Shown here in pieces: positions 26,801-37,583 of a stretch of 64,000 bases of DNA. The notes under the pieces were generated by a model that saw nothing but the letters and a program-made list of their open reading frames with translations, was not told the DNA's origin and did not search any database. Each line of letters starts with the position of its first letter. Within the stretch, counting starts at the first letter, position 1. The stretch comes from Octopus vulgaris (taxonomy: Eukaryota): the NCBI GenBank assembly GCA_951406725.2, contig OX597838.1, positions 42,036,001 through 42,100,000 on the forward strand, given 5' to 3'. The translations under genes were made by a program, and so were the position numbers.

Positions 26801-29800
26801 AACTCCCTCACCTTCCCATCATCATCATGCTCTGAACTGATTTGGGCCAATTTGTTTTTGCATTTCAAAACCATGGGAAGAACCTTTTTGGTAAAAAAAT
26901 TTTTTTTTAATTCTTAATATTTTCAGAAGAAAAAGTGAGTGATTTAAAGGAGATTTGGCAATTGTTTCTAGCACATCTCATTTCTTTTTCACTCTTGAAA
27001 GTATTGGTGCCTATCAATATTCTTCTCTCCATATGCTATTAAAAAAAATTATGACTATTTTTTGCAACCCCATTCCCTGCCCATGATAGTCTCTGTTTAT
27101 AAATTAAAATATTGGAGAGCCTGAGGTCATTGCTGGCATTTATCCACAATGGTATGTAAACAATAATTTATTTTAACAGCATACTTTTCTGTTAGAAAGT
27201 GTTTTTTCTTACACACACGGCCTCACTTATTTGAGGTGGGGCTAAAAATTTAAATTACAATTTTTTGTTGTTGCTTATATTCCACCAATGCGTGTGTTAC
27301 TTCAGCATCATTATTCCATAAAATGTATTTAATGAGAGAAAAATATTGAGAAAACATCAATACATGTGAGAGTGAAAACAGAAGGTTGTTTGCAATGTGC
27401 TAGAAACAACAGCTGAATCTCCCTTGAATCACATACCCTTTCCTCTGAAAATATTTACAATTTTTTTTTTTTTTAACCAAAACAGCTTCTCCCATGGTTT
27501 TTAAGTTAAATTCTTATATACTCTGAATTCACAGCATCCAAGCAGTATTTGTTGAAAATTTTGTTAAAAAGCATTCATTCTTCTGAAAGTTATGAGGCAA
27601 CAAAGTCTGTGGGGTACACATCTGTAGTTATGCCAACAAAACTATCCAGTGTTCACAGTAAAGGGAAACAACTCCAGGTTTTACTGCTTAAATTTGTGGA
27701 ACCCCCAGCAAAAAACCCCCGCAAATCACAGGAATCTGTGGTCCGGTTTACGCGAACTTTGCTTTATTCCATTTCTATTCACATTTCAGAGCATTTTTCC
27801 ATTATGCGCTGGTTTGGCAGACAAGCAAGCAATAAGAAAATGTTAGTAGTAAATAGATATACACATAAGGATAAGGTTATTAAAAGGGGTCCATGGGGAA
27901 GCTCATTTAAATAAAAGGGGTCGTTGCTAGTGAAACGGTTGGAATCACTGAGATAGATAGATGATGATGATGGTGGTGGTGGTGGTGGTAGGATGGTTGT
28001 GGAGTAGATAAATTGCCATAAAGCACCTAAATCATAATTATTCTAGGTGCACTGCCTTATATACTCAACAAGGAGACAGTTATAGGATGTGTCTATGATT
28101 TCCTGGCCAAAATGTTGACATTAGGAGCAATTCCTGCTGCTTTGCATTCCATTTTGAACTCAGGAATCACTTAAATTTACACGTGCCCCCCCCCTCCGCC
28201 ACCAAATCTTAAATTTGATCAGCCTAAAATAAACAAAAACAGTAAAAATAAAAGCATTAATCAGAAATGAATTGACTGAAATTCCCACTTTGAAATGGTG
28301 TCAGACTTGAACAGAGTTAAATAAAAAAATTTATTTTCTCCAGAATAAGTGTCAAACTTTAGAACCCCCCCCCCCCACCAAAAAAAAAACCCCACAATCA
28401 TCTTAGCATCAACCTAATCCACCTGACAATATTATCTGTTGAATACTAAATCTAAAAGTGGGATTTAGAATAGAACAGCTGAAAAGAGTATGGTACTGGG
28501 GGGTGGGGGGTGCTGGTAGAAATCTGGCCAACAAAGTGAAAGAAAAATTAAAGAAAAACAAAAACGGTTTCCACTTACTTTTCGCCGGCCGTGGTAATTT
28601 CATCTCGCAAGTCTATGGATATTTTACTTCTCTTTGACTCTGATACATCCTGAGATGATCCTGCAACAAAATACCAGGATATTCGTTATTTAATAATTGC
28701 AATGATTAACACGTGTCATCAATAACAGCCTGAAGCTGACCAAAACCTTGTGAATGGATTTAGTAGATGGAAACTGAAAGAAACCTGTATATATGTGTGT
28801 GTGTGTGTGTGTGTGTCTGTGTTTGTCCTCCACCACTGCTTGACAACTGGAGTTGGTGTGCTTATGCCCGTGACTTAGTGGTTCAGCAAAAGAGACTGAT
28901 AGAACAAGTAGCAGGCTTTAAAAATATAAGTCCTGGAGTCAATTTGTTCGACTAAAACCCTTCAAGGCAGTTGCCCCAGTATGGCCACAGTCAAATGACT
29001 GCAACAAGTAAAAGGAAAAGAAGAAAAAAAAAAGAGTTGAAAATAATTAGTGAGATTTCTTTGAACTAATTTGGATGAATTTACAGATCATTTCAACATC
29101 AGCCATGAATTTAATATTCTCAGATTTATTTGGGGTTTTGCTTTATCAGGTCTTGAGGATTCCTTATTTTATTTTATTTCCTGAATTTTATAAAGAACAA
29201 CTTTGCACAGAAACACAACAAACATCTTAAAATGGAAAAAAAGACTCACAGAACTCAAAAGAAGTAAACATACAGCATGTGCTTGTGTCACGTGAAAGGC
29301 ACCCGGTCCACCCTGTGAAGTGGTTGGCATTAGGAAGGGCATCCAGCCTTAGAAACCAAGCCATATCAGGTGGGAACCTAGCACAGCTCTCCAGCTCTGG
29401 TCAAACCAGCCATCCTATGGCAGCATGGGAAATGGACGATAAATGATAATGATGATGACATTACCTCTAAACACTCAATCAAATCTCACTGATTACCATG
29501 GAGACAATGTCAACCAGACTGGAAAATATCCGGTTGCAAGGGCCGTGGGGAAAGAGTTAACATTAATGAATAAAGAATGAGATAGAAAATATCTTACCTG
29601 CGACATCTTTACGCTTAGCAGACAGGTTCTCAAAGCTTCGATCGGATGTCTATGGAATAAAAGAAAATAAATAAATAAATAAAAAATTGGAAATTTGTAG
29701 GGATTAAACAATGTATGCTTATTTCATGAACCACGGAAGGATAAAAAGCAAAGATGATTGGGATCTTTTCGGTTTGAACGGCAGTTTTTTCTAGCAGTGT

Positions 29801-31303
29801 CATATGAAATTGTCACCCATAATTATGACCCTAGTATCGATCTATTGCATTTCAATCTGTTTTAGGGTTGGGGTTAGTTAGGGTTAGGGGTGGGGGAAGG
29901 GTATCTTTTTTTCTTCACAAATGTAAATAAACCCAATCTGTTTCTTAAACGAGGGACATATTCATACGGCACAGAATGTTTTCACCTCAATAGATGGTCA
30001 TTGATTGGTTGAAATTGCCGAAATGCAAGAAATTAAAGACCAAATATCTTACAAACTATAGAATTTTCTCAATAAGAAAAAGATGTTTTATAAACACATT
30101 CTACGAGTATGCGAAGTTTAACATATTTTAGTTACCTAGAAATTATGTTAAAAACTGCCTTTCAAACAGAAAAGATCTGATGATTGCAATAGAACTTGAA
30201 CTCACATTCTAAGGAAAGCAAAAAAAATTCTTTAATATATCAAAACGTTTAATTCATTACCCAACCATTTCTACCAATAGTTATAAGATGTATCACAGCA
30301 ACTGGCAGAGCGTCTCTACCCCCCCCCACCGCAGGTCTATGCACTCCCCAAAGACAACGTATTGTAGTTATCTCCCTTGGTTCGTGTTAGTCACGTGGAA
30401 GGAGGGGCTGTTGGTGACATACTTCTGCCACTGTTCATTAGTATGTAGGAATGTAATTAACTGATAGCTAATGTGATGGCAAAGTCCTCCTCCTCACCCG
30501 GTCGATTAGTTTAGCTAAAGTCTGCCAGCAACTCAATATCAGCCACGTTACTAACGAGCAAATAGGGACCAGAAGCACATTCCCATTTCAGCCTTTACTT
30601 CTGACGCCGTGGCACAACAACTGTGCATTTGTGGTTCATAAATGTAATTGCAAAGAATTGTTCTGCTTCTGATTTGCACATCACACATCATTCAGCAGAC
30701 ACGCAAGTATATTACACAACATCCTCGAGTAGATAGGTGTTCCTCTTCTCCAGCAAAACACCTCTTCCTGTCCTTCTTTCCCGGCACAAAACTACCCCAT
30801 GCAATACTGCACCCTAGGTCAGTAAAGGGGTCTTATCTTGCAAGTCACTTGGTGACCCTACTAATGCTGGTACTATGATATAAACACCCAGTACTCTCTG
30901 TAAAGGGGTTGGCATTAGGAAGAGCATCCAGCTGTAGAAACACTGCCAAAGCAAACACGGGAGACCCTGCCAAAGCAGACACGGGAGACCCTGCCAAAGC
31001 AGACATGGGAGACCCTGCCAAAGCAGACATGGGAGACCCTGCCAAAGCAGACACGGGAGACCCTGCCAAAGCAGACACGGGAGACTTAACACAGTCTTCA
31101 GGCTTATCAGATCTTGTTGAACCATCCAATCCATGTCTGCATGGAAAATGGACATTAGAGGATGTTGATGATGTGTAACAGGGAAAGACAATTCCCAGGA
31201 CCCTTCTCTCAGCAGGATTCCAACATTTAAAAACCACACAAAAGCATGAAAAAGGTCGACTTACGTTGCTGTTATTGTTTCTGTTGGTTTCGGCCTCCAT
31301 CAT
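13458..31303 (-). CDS. TRMT2A: TRMT2A-like paralogue (copy A), 13 coding exons, about 483 aa, divergent and probably catalytically impaired tRNA (uracil-5)-methyltransferase homolog
   Basis: join(complement): 31303-31265, 29649-29598, 28660-28579, 26117-26063, 24646-24182, 23288-23185, 21888-21837, 21132-21072, 18888-18767, 17411-17336, 15598-15482, 14448-14352, 13587-13458. All introns are GT-AG with compatible phases; 1452 nt, no internal stop. Trm2 hallmarks: [31 protein letters not shown], PVDLxPHT. Confidence 0.9.
14352..14448 (-). CDS. TRMT2A: TRMT2A-like copy A exon with catalytic Cys motif VI (VIYISCNP)
   Basis: 97 nt. Cys codon at 14386-14384. 89/97 nt identical to copy B exon 46555-46651. 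Confidence 0.95.
15482..15598 (-). CDS. TRMT2A: TRMT2A-like copy A exon with degenerate motif IV ([12 protein letters not shown])
   Basis: 117 nt, matches copy B exon 48013-48129 ([12 protein letters not shown]). Confidence 0.92.
17336..17411 (-). CDS. TRMT2A: TRMT2A-like copy A exon ([25 protein letters not shown]), motif II
   Basis: 76 nt, matches copy B exon 49915-49990. Confidence 0.92.
18767..18888 (-). CDS. TRMT2A: TRMT2A-like copy A exon with degenerate SAM motif I ([11 protein letters not shown])
   Basis: 122 nt, matches copy B exon 51707-51828 ([11 protein letters not shown]). Confidence 0.92.
20745..20801. repeat. (TA)n microsatellite
   Basis: About 28 units. Many other (TA)n, (CA)n, (GA)n and (CAT)n tracts occur, e.g. 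9023-9052, 18300-18455, 57460-57560 and 57733-57771. Confidence 0.95.
21072..21132 (-). CDS. TRMT2A: TRMT2A-like copy A exon ([20 protein letters not shown]), motif X with Q>S
   Basis: 61 nt, matches copy B exon 52836-52896 (ISPDAFFQ). Confidence 0.9.
21837..21888 (-). CDS. TRMT2A: TRMT2A-like copy A exon ([18 protein letters not shown])
   Basis: 52 nt, matches copy B exon 54477-54528. Confidence 0.88.
22353..22571. mobile_element. piggyBac-type MITE (TTAA target, CCCTTTAG termini)
   Basis: ttaa|ccctttagt ... actaaaggg|ttaa. Degraded relatives near 14697-14900, 17969-18187, 47770-47996 and 50600-50792. Confidence 0.75.
23185..23288 (-). CDS. TRMT2A: TRMT2A-like copy A exon ([34 protein letters not shown])
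   Basis: 104 nt, matches copy B exon 55982-56085, GT-AG. Confidence 0.9.
23477..23569. repeat. Perfect 42-bp inverted repeat with 9-nt loop
   Basis: 23477-23518 is the exact reverse complement of 23528-23569. Confidence 0.97.
24182..24646 (-). CDS. TRMT2A: TRMT2A-like copy A fused exon (155 codons, RKASDVRD...FYAQFLSD)
   Basis: tttttttcag acceptor, gtaagt donor. Contains [18 protein letters not shown] and [10 protein letters not shown]. Equivalent to five exons of copy B. Confidence 0.95.
24705..25072 (-). mobile_element. tRNA-derived SINE (near full length)
   Basis: Head with A/B-box-like ggctgtgtggtaag...gggttcagtc and body gggcaagtgtcttctactatagcc...ggaaactgaaagaag. Related copies near 353-500, 11415-11760, 20600-20950, 22985-23145, 28735-29020 and 41350-41640. 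Confidence 0.8.
26063..26117 (-). CDS. TRMT2A: TRMT2A-like copy A exon ([18 protein letters not shown])
   Basis: 55 nt, same size and phase as copy B exon 63919-63973. Carries the P-x-x-x-x-x-Y-E-x-Q-L motif. Confidence 0.9.
28579..28660 (-). CDS. TRMT2A: TRMT2A-like copy A exon ([28 protein letters not shown])
   Basis: tttgttgcag acceptor, gtaagt donor, 82 nt, phase 1 to 2. Confidence 0.8.
29598..29649 (-). CDS. TRMT2A: TRMT2A-like copy A exon ([17 protein letters not shown])
   Basis: ttttattccatag acceptor, CAG|gtaaga donor, 52 nt, phase 0 to 1. Confidence 0.75.
29761..30178. mobile_element. Same MITE family, copy 2 (inserted into an older SINE-like repeat)
   Basis: Same TIRs and body. 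Perfect TSD gatgattg at 29753-29760 and 30179-30186. Confidence 0.92.
30943..31085. repeat. Minisatellite, 24-bp unit CTGCCAAAGCAGACACGGGAGACC, 6 copies, inside an RTE tail
   Basis: Direct reading. Confidence 0.95.
31265..31303 (-). CDS. TRMT2A: TRMT2A-like copy A, first coding exon ([13 protein letters not shown])
   Basis: Acceptor tttaattttag at 31310, exon 31309-31265, donor gtaagt. Phase 0 matches the next exon. First in-frame ATG is at 31303. Confidence 0.6.
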
Positions 31304-31359
31304 TGAAGTCTAAAATTAAAATTAAAGCAAAATATGAAATTTGAAAGACAGAAACTCAA

Positions 31360-31960
31360 GCAGATGTCTACAATGGCACCCTTTATGCCTCTTCATTGTT
31401 CTACATCCATCTGTCACCTAAGCATCTTCCTTTACACATACACTGCATCCATGAACAATAACAATGGTAACTTGGTGTCCTTCCACCCCCGAGTACAACA
31501 TAAATCAAAGCAAACAGGTTTCTACCTGTACCTTCTCGTTATGAACAACAACACAGCTAAACCTTTCGCAGGTGTTGCAACAACCACAAAAGCTCACAAC
31601 TTCTGGCGATCTCTCATTGAAGCCTCACAGACCATTGCCAAAAGCAGAAATTACAAAAGCCATGGCTTCCACTTCAGAACCCGAAAATCTTTCAGTTACC
31701 ATCATTTGCTGACTCTCTATAATGCTAAGACCAACATTGGAGTATTGCTCGGATGGGATGTTACACAAGCATCTTTGACCCCCGTCATTCAAAAAGCAAA
31801 GCTTCACCTTTCCAGAATGTTTTAAATATTAGCTCATACATTCCGTTTCCTCTCCTTCATTCATCTGTTACCATTTCTACAAAGACCTCTGCTATATACC
31901 CTCCCCCACCACAACCCTCTTCCCAAATGCTGTAATACACACGTCCTTCAGTCTTACCCC
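31360..31960 (+). mobile_element. Highly degraded CR1/Jockey-like LINE fragment (tentative)
   Basis: Relics resembling the post-RT region (NNNGNLVSF; LLTLYNA followed by a frameshifted PTLEYCS). Confidence 0.35.
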
Positions 31961-32085
31961 AGCTCCACCCCACCCCCACCAAATCCACATTTTTCCTGCA
32001 GACATTAACCTACAAAGTGTGAATGCCAATCTCAACAATCACACAAGTAGAGACCAACCTACAAAAGGACTGCAATCAACCAGAG

Positions 32086-32181
32086 TCCAATCAGGGTACA
32101 GACAGCACACACTCATTTCCAATCAGGGTACAGACAGCACACACTCATTTCCAATCAGGGTACAGACAGCACACACTCATT
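32086..32181. repeat. Tandem triplication of a 32-bp unit TCCAATCAGGGTACAGACAGCACACACTCATT
   Basis: Three perfect copies starting at 32086, 32118 and 32150. Confidence 0.95.
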
Positions 32182-33869
32182 TCAGCTACGAAACAGCATT
32201 TGTTTCCCTTGGAAAGCTCTGAAGAAAACCTTCAGCTATCAGCACACTTGGTAGGACTTCTTCATTGGAGATGAGAAATACTTCAACACTAAACACTGAT
32301 CGGACCCAGCTACAGACAATTTGGGAATGTTACTTGTATATTATCTGACCTCCTGCCCTTCACTCAAATCTGAGAAGAATCAAGAAAATAAGGTATGTGG
32401 TTGACTGATAACTTTTGCAACTTTAGCACATCGTGGCCACACTTGTACCTTTCTCTGCATACACACACACACACGTGCATGTAGCAGGAACATTTAGCAA
32501 CCAGGTCACAATGTCCGGTGTTGCAATTCACTATGGTATTACCCATGTTATTGAAAAGACCTGACCAATCAAGGGTTCACCTAGAACCGGCTCCAGCAGC
32601 AATTTCATCCTTTGGCATGTTTCTTTCTGAGTCCAACCTTCATCATAAACATCCAGTGCACTTTAGCTACTACGAGCAGACACAGCGAAGAGATGGTGGT
32701 GGAGAGCAGCCGACAGGAATGAACTGGCAGCAAACAAGACACATTAGAAGATGGCAGCATGACCAGCATCCAACCATATTGCGACTGCTGCTACAATCAC
32801 ACCAATTCAAGAACAATTATCTCAAAACTCATTTGATGCTTTGTCATTTGTAGAATGACAACATTTTTCTTCATTTATGAAAAGAATATTTTTTTAATCA
32901 AAAATTTCCCTAGATATCAGTGTTCTTCTTCATATTCACACAGACAAGCCAAGGAGTAATAATGGGGAGAAGCTCCTATGGCTAAGAAGTGCCTCTCATG
33001 GTAAGCATCTAATGTTCAACTCCTGGCCTTTTCATGCAACTTTGTCTCTAAGTTCAGCACAATTGCTTGTATTGATAGAAGGGTTAATGGCAGGTGCTGG
33101 TACCTTAAAACCAGTTCTTTGGGTATATGGAATTCATCAGCCTCAGAAGGCAGTTTGTCAAAGCCACTCAGGAGTAAAACCTGAGAAAAGTTCCACAATG
33201 TAAGTCTCTAATATTGTAATGATACTGATGCCAAGCTGTATGAGCCTTGCCCTTCCCCTTGGACAACATTTCCTAGGCATGGAGAGAGGAGTGAGCTGTT
33301 GCATGGATAGCTGCTGGCTTCCCACACTAGCCCTGCACCCTTGACAGGACATTCCAACACCACCTCACTGCAATGGCAAAACAACATTCAACTAATTGCA
33401 AGGCTCTGCTTAAATTAGTGTAGAGCTTTGGAGAGAGGGCGAAGCCATTGTGTCTTACTGGACAAACCCCAGCCAATTGGGAATTGTTCTGTTATCCTCT
33501 GCTTGCTTCACTGGGTACCTAGGGCTTAGGGATACAAGTAACCTGAATTAATAGTAGTGTACAAGGCATAACAAGAAACCACCATTCAGGAGGAATAATG
33601 AGACAATGGTCACTAGACTAAAAGCACTGCCAACTGTTTAAGTGTTGAGCAGAATCAGTAACTGTTTTCCCATTGTTTTGGATTGGCTGGAATTCCATGA
33701 GAGGCCACCAAGAGTGCAAAGATCATCCTGCTGTGCCAGGATTGGTGCCACAGGACATGAGAGATTGTACAGAGAAAAGTGACTGCAACAAGTAAAGAGG
33801 AATTCAGTGAGTATCATTGGGAAGGTCTTCACCCATATTGGCCCTAAACAGACTGCAGAAAATCACTGA

Positions 33870-35170
33870 AGGGTAAATCCCTAGTTTTCGTGTAGCTTCA
33901 AACCAGAATGCTCCACAAGTGACACGGCCTTTGATAACAACAAGAAAAACACAAAGAACAAAGACAACCACTCTTGATCACTTTAACTGACCTCATGAAG
34001 GCCTGCAACATTGGGAGTAGAGATGGCCTGTTCAAAAATCCTAATCAGGATTGGGTACCCTCCAAAGTTACTCATTCATTCCATAGACATGAGAGGATGA
34101 TTCGATGACATGGGTCTTCCTTGGAATCCTTTGCCATTCACAGTGGAGTGAAACAGGGCTGTGTGCTTACCCTCACCGTTTGGTATCTTCTCTCCACTGT
34201 CATACTGGAACACACCTTTGGAAAATCAACTGATAGCCTTTTGATCAAACAAGAAATTGCTCAGTCTGTTCTGTCTATGAATGAAAACCAAAATACACGA
34301 AATACTCATCAGGGACTGTTTGCAGATGATACAGCTCTGGTAAACCAACTCAAAAGCGCAACTGCAACACCACATGGACTGTCACCATTGGTCTGAAGAA
34401 AACAAAAGAGCTGGACCAAGGTGTAGAGTACTCCCTTATAATTACCTATTTCTTTACTACCCACAAGGGGCTAAACACAGAGATGACAAACGGATTAAGT
34501 CGATTACATTGACCCCAGTGCGTAACTGGTACTTAATTTATCGACCCTGAAAGGATGAAAGGCAAAGTTGACCTCGGTGAAATTTAAACTCAGAACGTAA
34601 CAGCAGACAAAATACTGCTCAGCATTTCGCCCGGTGTGTTAATGTTTCTGCCAGCTTGCCGCCTTGTACTCCCTTATAATTACCATCAACAACTGCAAGC
34701 TGACGCAGTCCACAAGTTCACATATCTTGATTGCACCATTATGGAAAACTTCTCTCTGGAGTCTTACCTCAATAGTTGTATTGGAAGAGCAGCCTTAACA
34801 TTGGCAAGGCTGACAAGAGCCTGGGAAATAAAGCAAGCTAACAGTGCACAGCAAGGTTGCAATCTACAAGGCTGGCATCCTCAGCACACACAGCTTTATG
34901 GCAGTGTGACACAAAGCATCTACTCCAGGCGGTGCCTCAATAACCTCCTCCTATGCAGACTGAGATAGATTCTTGACATCGAGTGAACTGACCAAGTCAC
35001 CAACAACATGGTTCTGGTTTGCACATGAATGATGCCCAGCCTCTTCATCCGCCTGCAACACAGATGCTTCTGTTGGCCGGGGAATGTACACCACATGTCA
35101 GATGGGAGGATCCTGACGATGGAGCTCGGCAATTTTGTTAGAAACAAGCTCCTTCCTTACAAGAAGATGT
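33870..35170 (+). mobile_element. Degraded RTE/BovB-like LINE fragment interrupted by a SINE
   Basis: Relics FAIHSGVKQGCVL, LFADDTALV and KFTYLDCTI in broken frames. Confidence 0.75.
34447..34665 (-). mobile_element. SINE with 19-bp TSD
   Basis: TSD gtactcccttataattacc at 34428-34446 and 34666-34684. Body shared with copies near 12356, 13010, 39060-39480 and 49645. Confidence 0.88.
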
Positions 35171-35777
35171 CAAACAATTAAAAACAGACATACAAAAGGT
35201 TTCTTTCAAATGTAAAATGCTACAATACTTTGGGAACTCAAGTTTTTTTAGTTAGGAACGTAGGACCAAAATCCACCTGATATGCAGAAACCAACACTGA
35301 AAATGAGGGACCAGATTTCCCTACATATAAAAACACACAAACACAAGAACTTGAGTTTTGAAACAGAACTGAATATCGAATATAACAATGTTTTTAAATT
35401 CAAGAGAAAAAAAACAAAAATCTAGGTTGAGACACCATCATTGTACCCTCCATGTTCCATGTTCTAGGAAAGAGGTAGTCAATATTAGCCTGGCCTCTCT
35501 CCTTTCATCTGTCCAGCATGGGGAAACCTTGCCAAGAGCTTGTGCTCTGCTGGTAGAGCTCTCAGGGCTCATTGAGGTATGTAAGTCATTACATCACAAC
35601 GAGGACTGGACCTTGAGGTGGTTTGTGGTCATATGACAAACCATTATCAATAGCAAAGGAGATGAGACAGAATCAAGATTGACAAGAGGCAAAATGGTTT
35701 TCAGTAATTGTGTCCCTTTCTAGTCAGAATTTCAAGTCCAACCAGAGTTCATTTTACTTTCCGTTTTTTTGTGATAT

Positions 35778-37460
35778 CATCATCATCATCGTTTAACATC
35801 TGCTTTCCATGCTGGCATGGGCTGGACAGTTTGACTGAAAACTAGTAAGCTGGGGGGGGGGGGTGCACCAGATTCTGATCTGATTTGGCATGGTTTCTAC
35901 AGCTGGATGCCCTTCCTAATGCTGACCACTCCAAGAGTGTAGTGGGTGTTTTTTATGTGCCATTGACCCCGAGACTGGTACCAGCCATAACTATGGACTC
36001 ACTTGGCTTAACAGGTCAACACAAGCACAGTATATCGCCAAGGGTCTTGGTCACTTGTCACTGCCCCTACAAGGCCCAATGCTCAAACAGTGCTTTTTAC
36101 ATACCACCTCCACGAGTGCTAGTCAGACGGCACTGGCATCAGCCATGACGATTTTATTCAGTTGGACAGGTCTTCACAAGCACAACATATCACCCAATGA
36201 TTGAAAGATGCTTTTAATGACCCAGTTACACAACTACAATCTCACTTCGCTTGATGAGTCTTCTCAAAGCATGGCACATCTCCAAAGGTCTCGGTCACTT
36301 GTCATTATCTCTGTGCTTTACTACTTCGTTCCATGTCTTCCTGGGTCTACGTCTTCCACAGGTTCCCTCCACCATTAGAATGTAACACTTCTTCACACAG
36401 CTGTCCTCATCCATACGCATCACATGACCATACCAGTGCAATCATCTCTCTTGAGATGCTTACACTCTGTTGTACATGCACACTGACATTACACATCCAG
36501 CGGAGCATACTAGCTTTGTTTCTTCAGCAGACACAGCCCATGTTTCACGGCTGTTGGCATACGGTCTGCTTTTCACTCTGAGCGAGACCCTTTGTTGCCA
36601 ACAGAGGTAGGAGTTCTCTGAACTTTGCTAAGCCTATTCTCAGTTATGCTCTCAGAGCAACCAGCCCCACAACTGATTTGGTTACCTAGGTAATGGAAGC
36701 TATTGGCTACATCTAGTTTTCGCCCCTGACATGCAGTGGAATCTATTTTTTGTACATTTTTGGTGTTTATTGCTCCTGAGCATCTGCCACATACAAAAAC
36801 TGCCTTCCTGGTTAGCCTTCCTTTGACATTGCTGCACCTCTTATGTGTCCATAGCTTACACTAGGTCCATCTTATGGCGTTTCTACCTACACCTTTTCTA
36901 CAGATTGAGCAGGGTCATCTACCTGAAAGGATTTGTGATTTGTCCGCCCTCCTACATACTAAGACTTTGGTTTTTGTTAGGTTAACTCTAAGGCCATTCG
37001 ATTCTAGACCTTGCTTCCACACCTGAAACTTTTTCTTTAGTTCTGGTAAGAGGAAGCTCATCAGCATAGAGGAGCTCCCGGGGCAGCCTGTCTTGAATTC
37101 CTATTATTGCTTGGAGGACTATGATGAACAAGAGGGGGCTGAGGATTGATCCTTGGTGAACCCCTACATGAACCTCAAATTCTTTGCTATACTTGTTGCC
37201 AGGTCTCACCAACCATTCATCTATCCCTAGTTTCTGCAATGACCACCAGATAAAGGATTGTCAGCAAAAACCAAGTGCAGAGGTTTATCTTTGGCGAGAT
37301 ATTTCTCCTGCAGCTGTCGGACCAGAAATGTAGCATCAGTGGTGCTTCTCTCTGGCATAAACCCAAACTGCTTCTCGTCTAAACTAATTCTCTCCCTAAT
37401 TAGTTGGGCTATGACCGTTTCTGTAATTGGGTTTGATATAATCAACTGGGTCCTCCACAC
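35778..37460 (-). mobile_element. 5'-truncated, degraded RTE-type LINE (RT domain to (GAT)n tail)
   Basis: Broken frames QFGFMPERSTTDATFLVRQLQEKY, GVHQGSILSPLLFIIV and ELLYADE. 3' tail catcatcatcgtttaac at about 35778. Confidence 0.85.
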
Positions 37461-37583
37461 TTAGAAATCTTTATAAGAGCAAGGGAATGGCAGATTGAAT
37501 GTAGAATAGCATAAGATGTAATCACACATACATGCAAATGCATAAATGCAGATACATACACACAGCTGCACATAAATGCACAG

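Noticed and set aside
30814-31239. Repetitive ORFs PCLLWQGL / SALAGSP / DPAKADTG
   Set aside because: Translations of the 24-bp minisatellite in an intronic LINE tail.
13458-31303. Copy A as a simple pseudogene or an assembly/haplotype duplicate
   Set aside because: No stops or frameshifts, all splice sites and phases intact, and about 45% protein divergence with unalignable introns.
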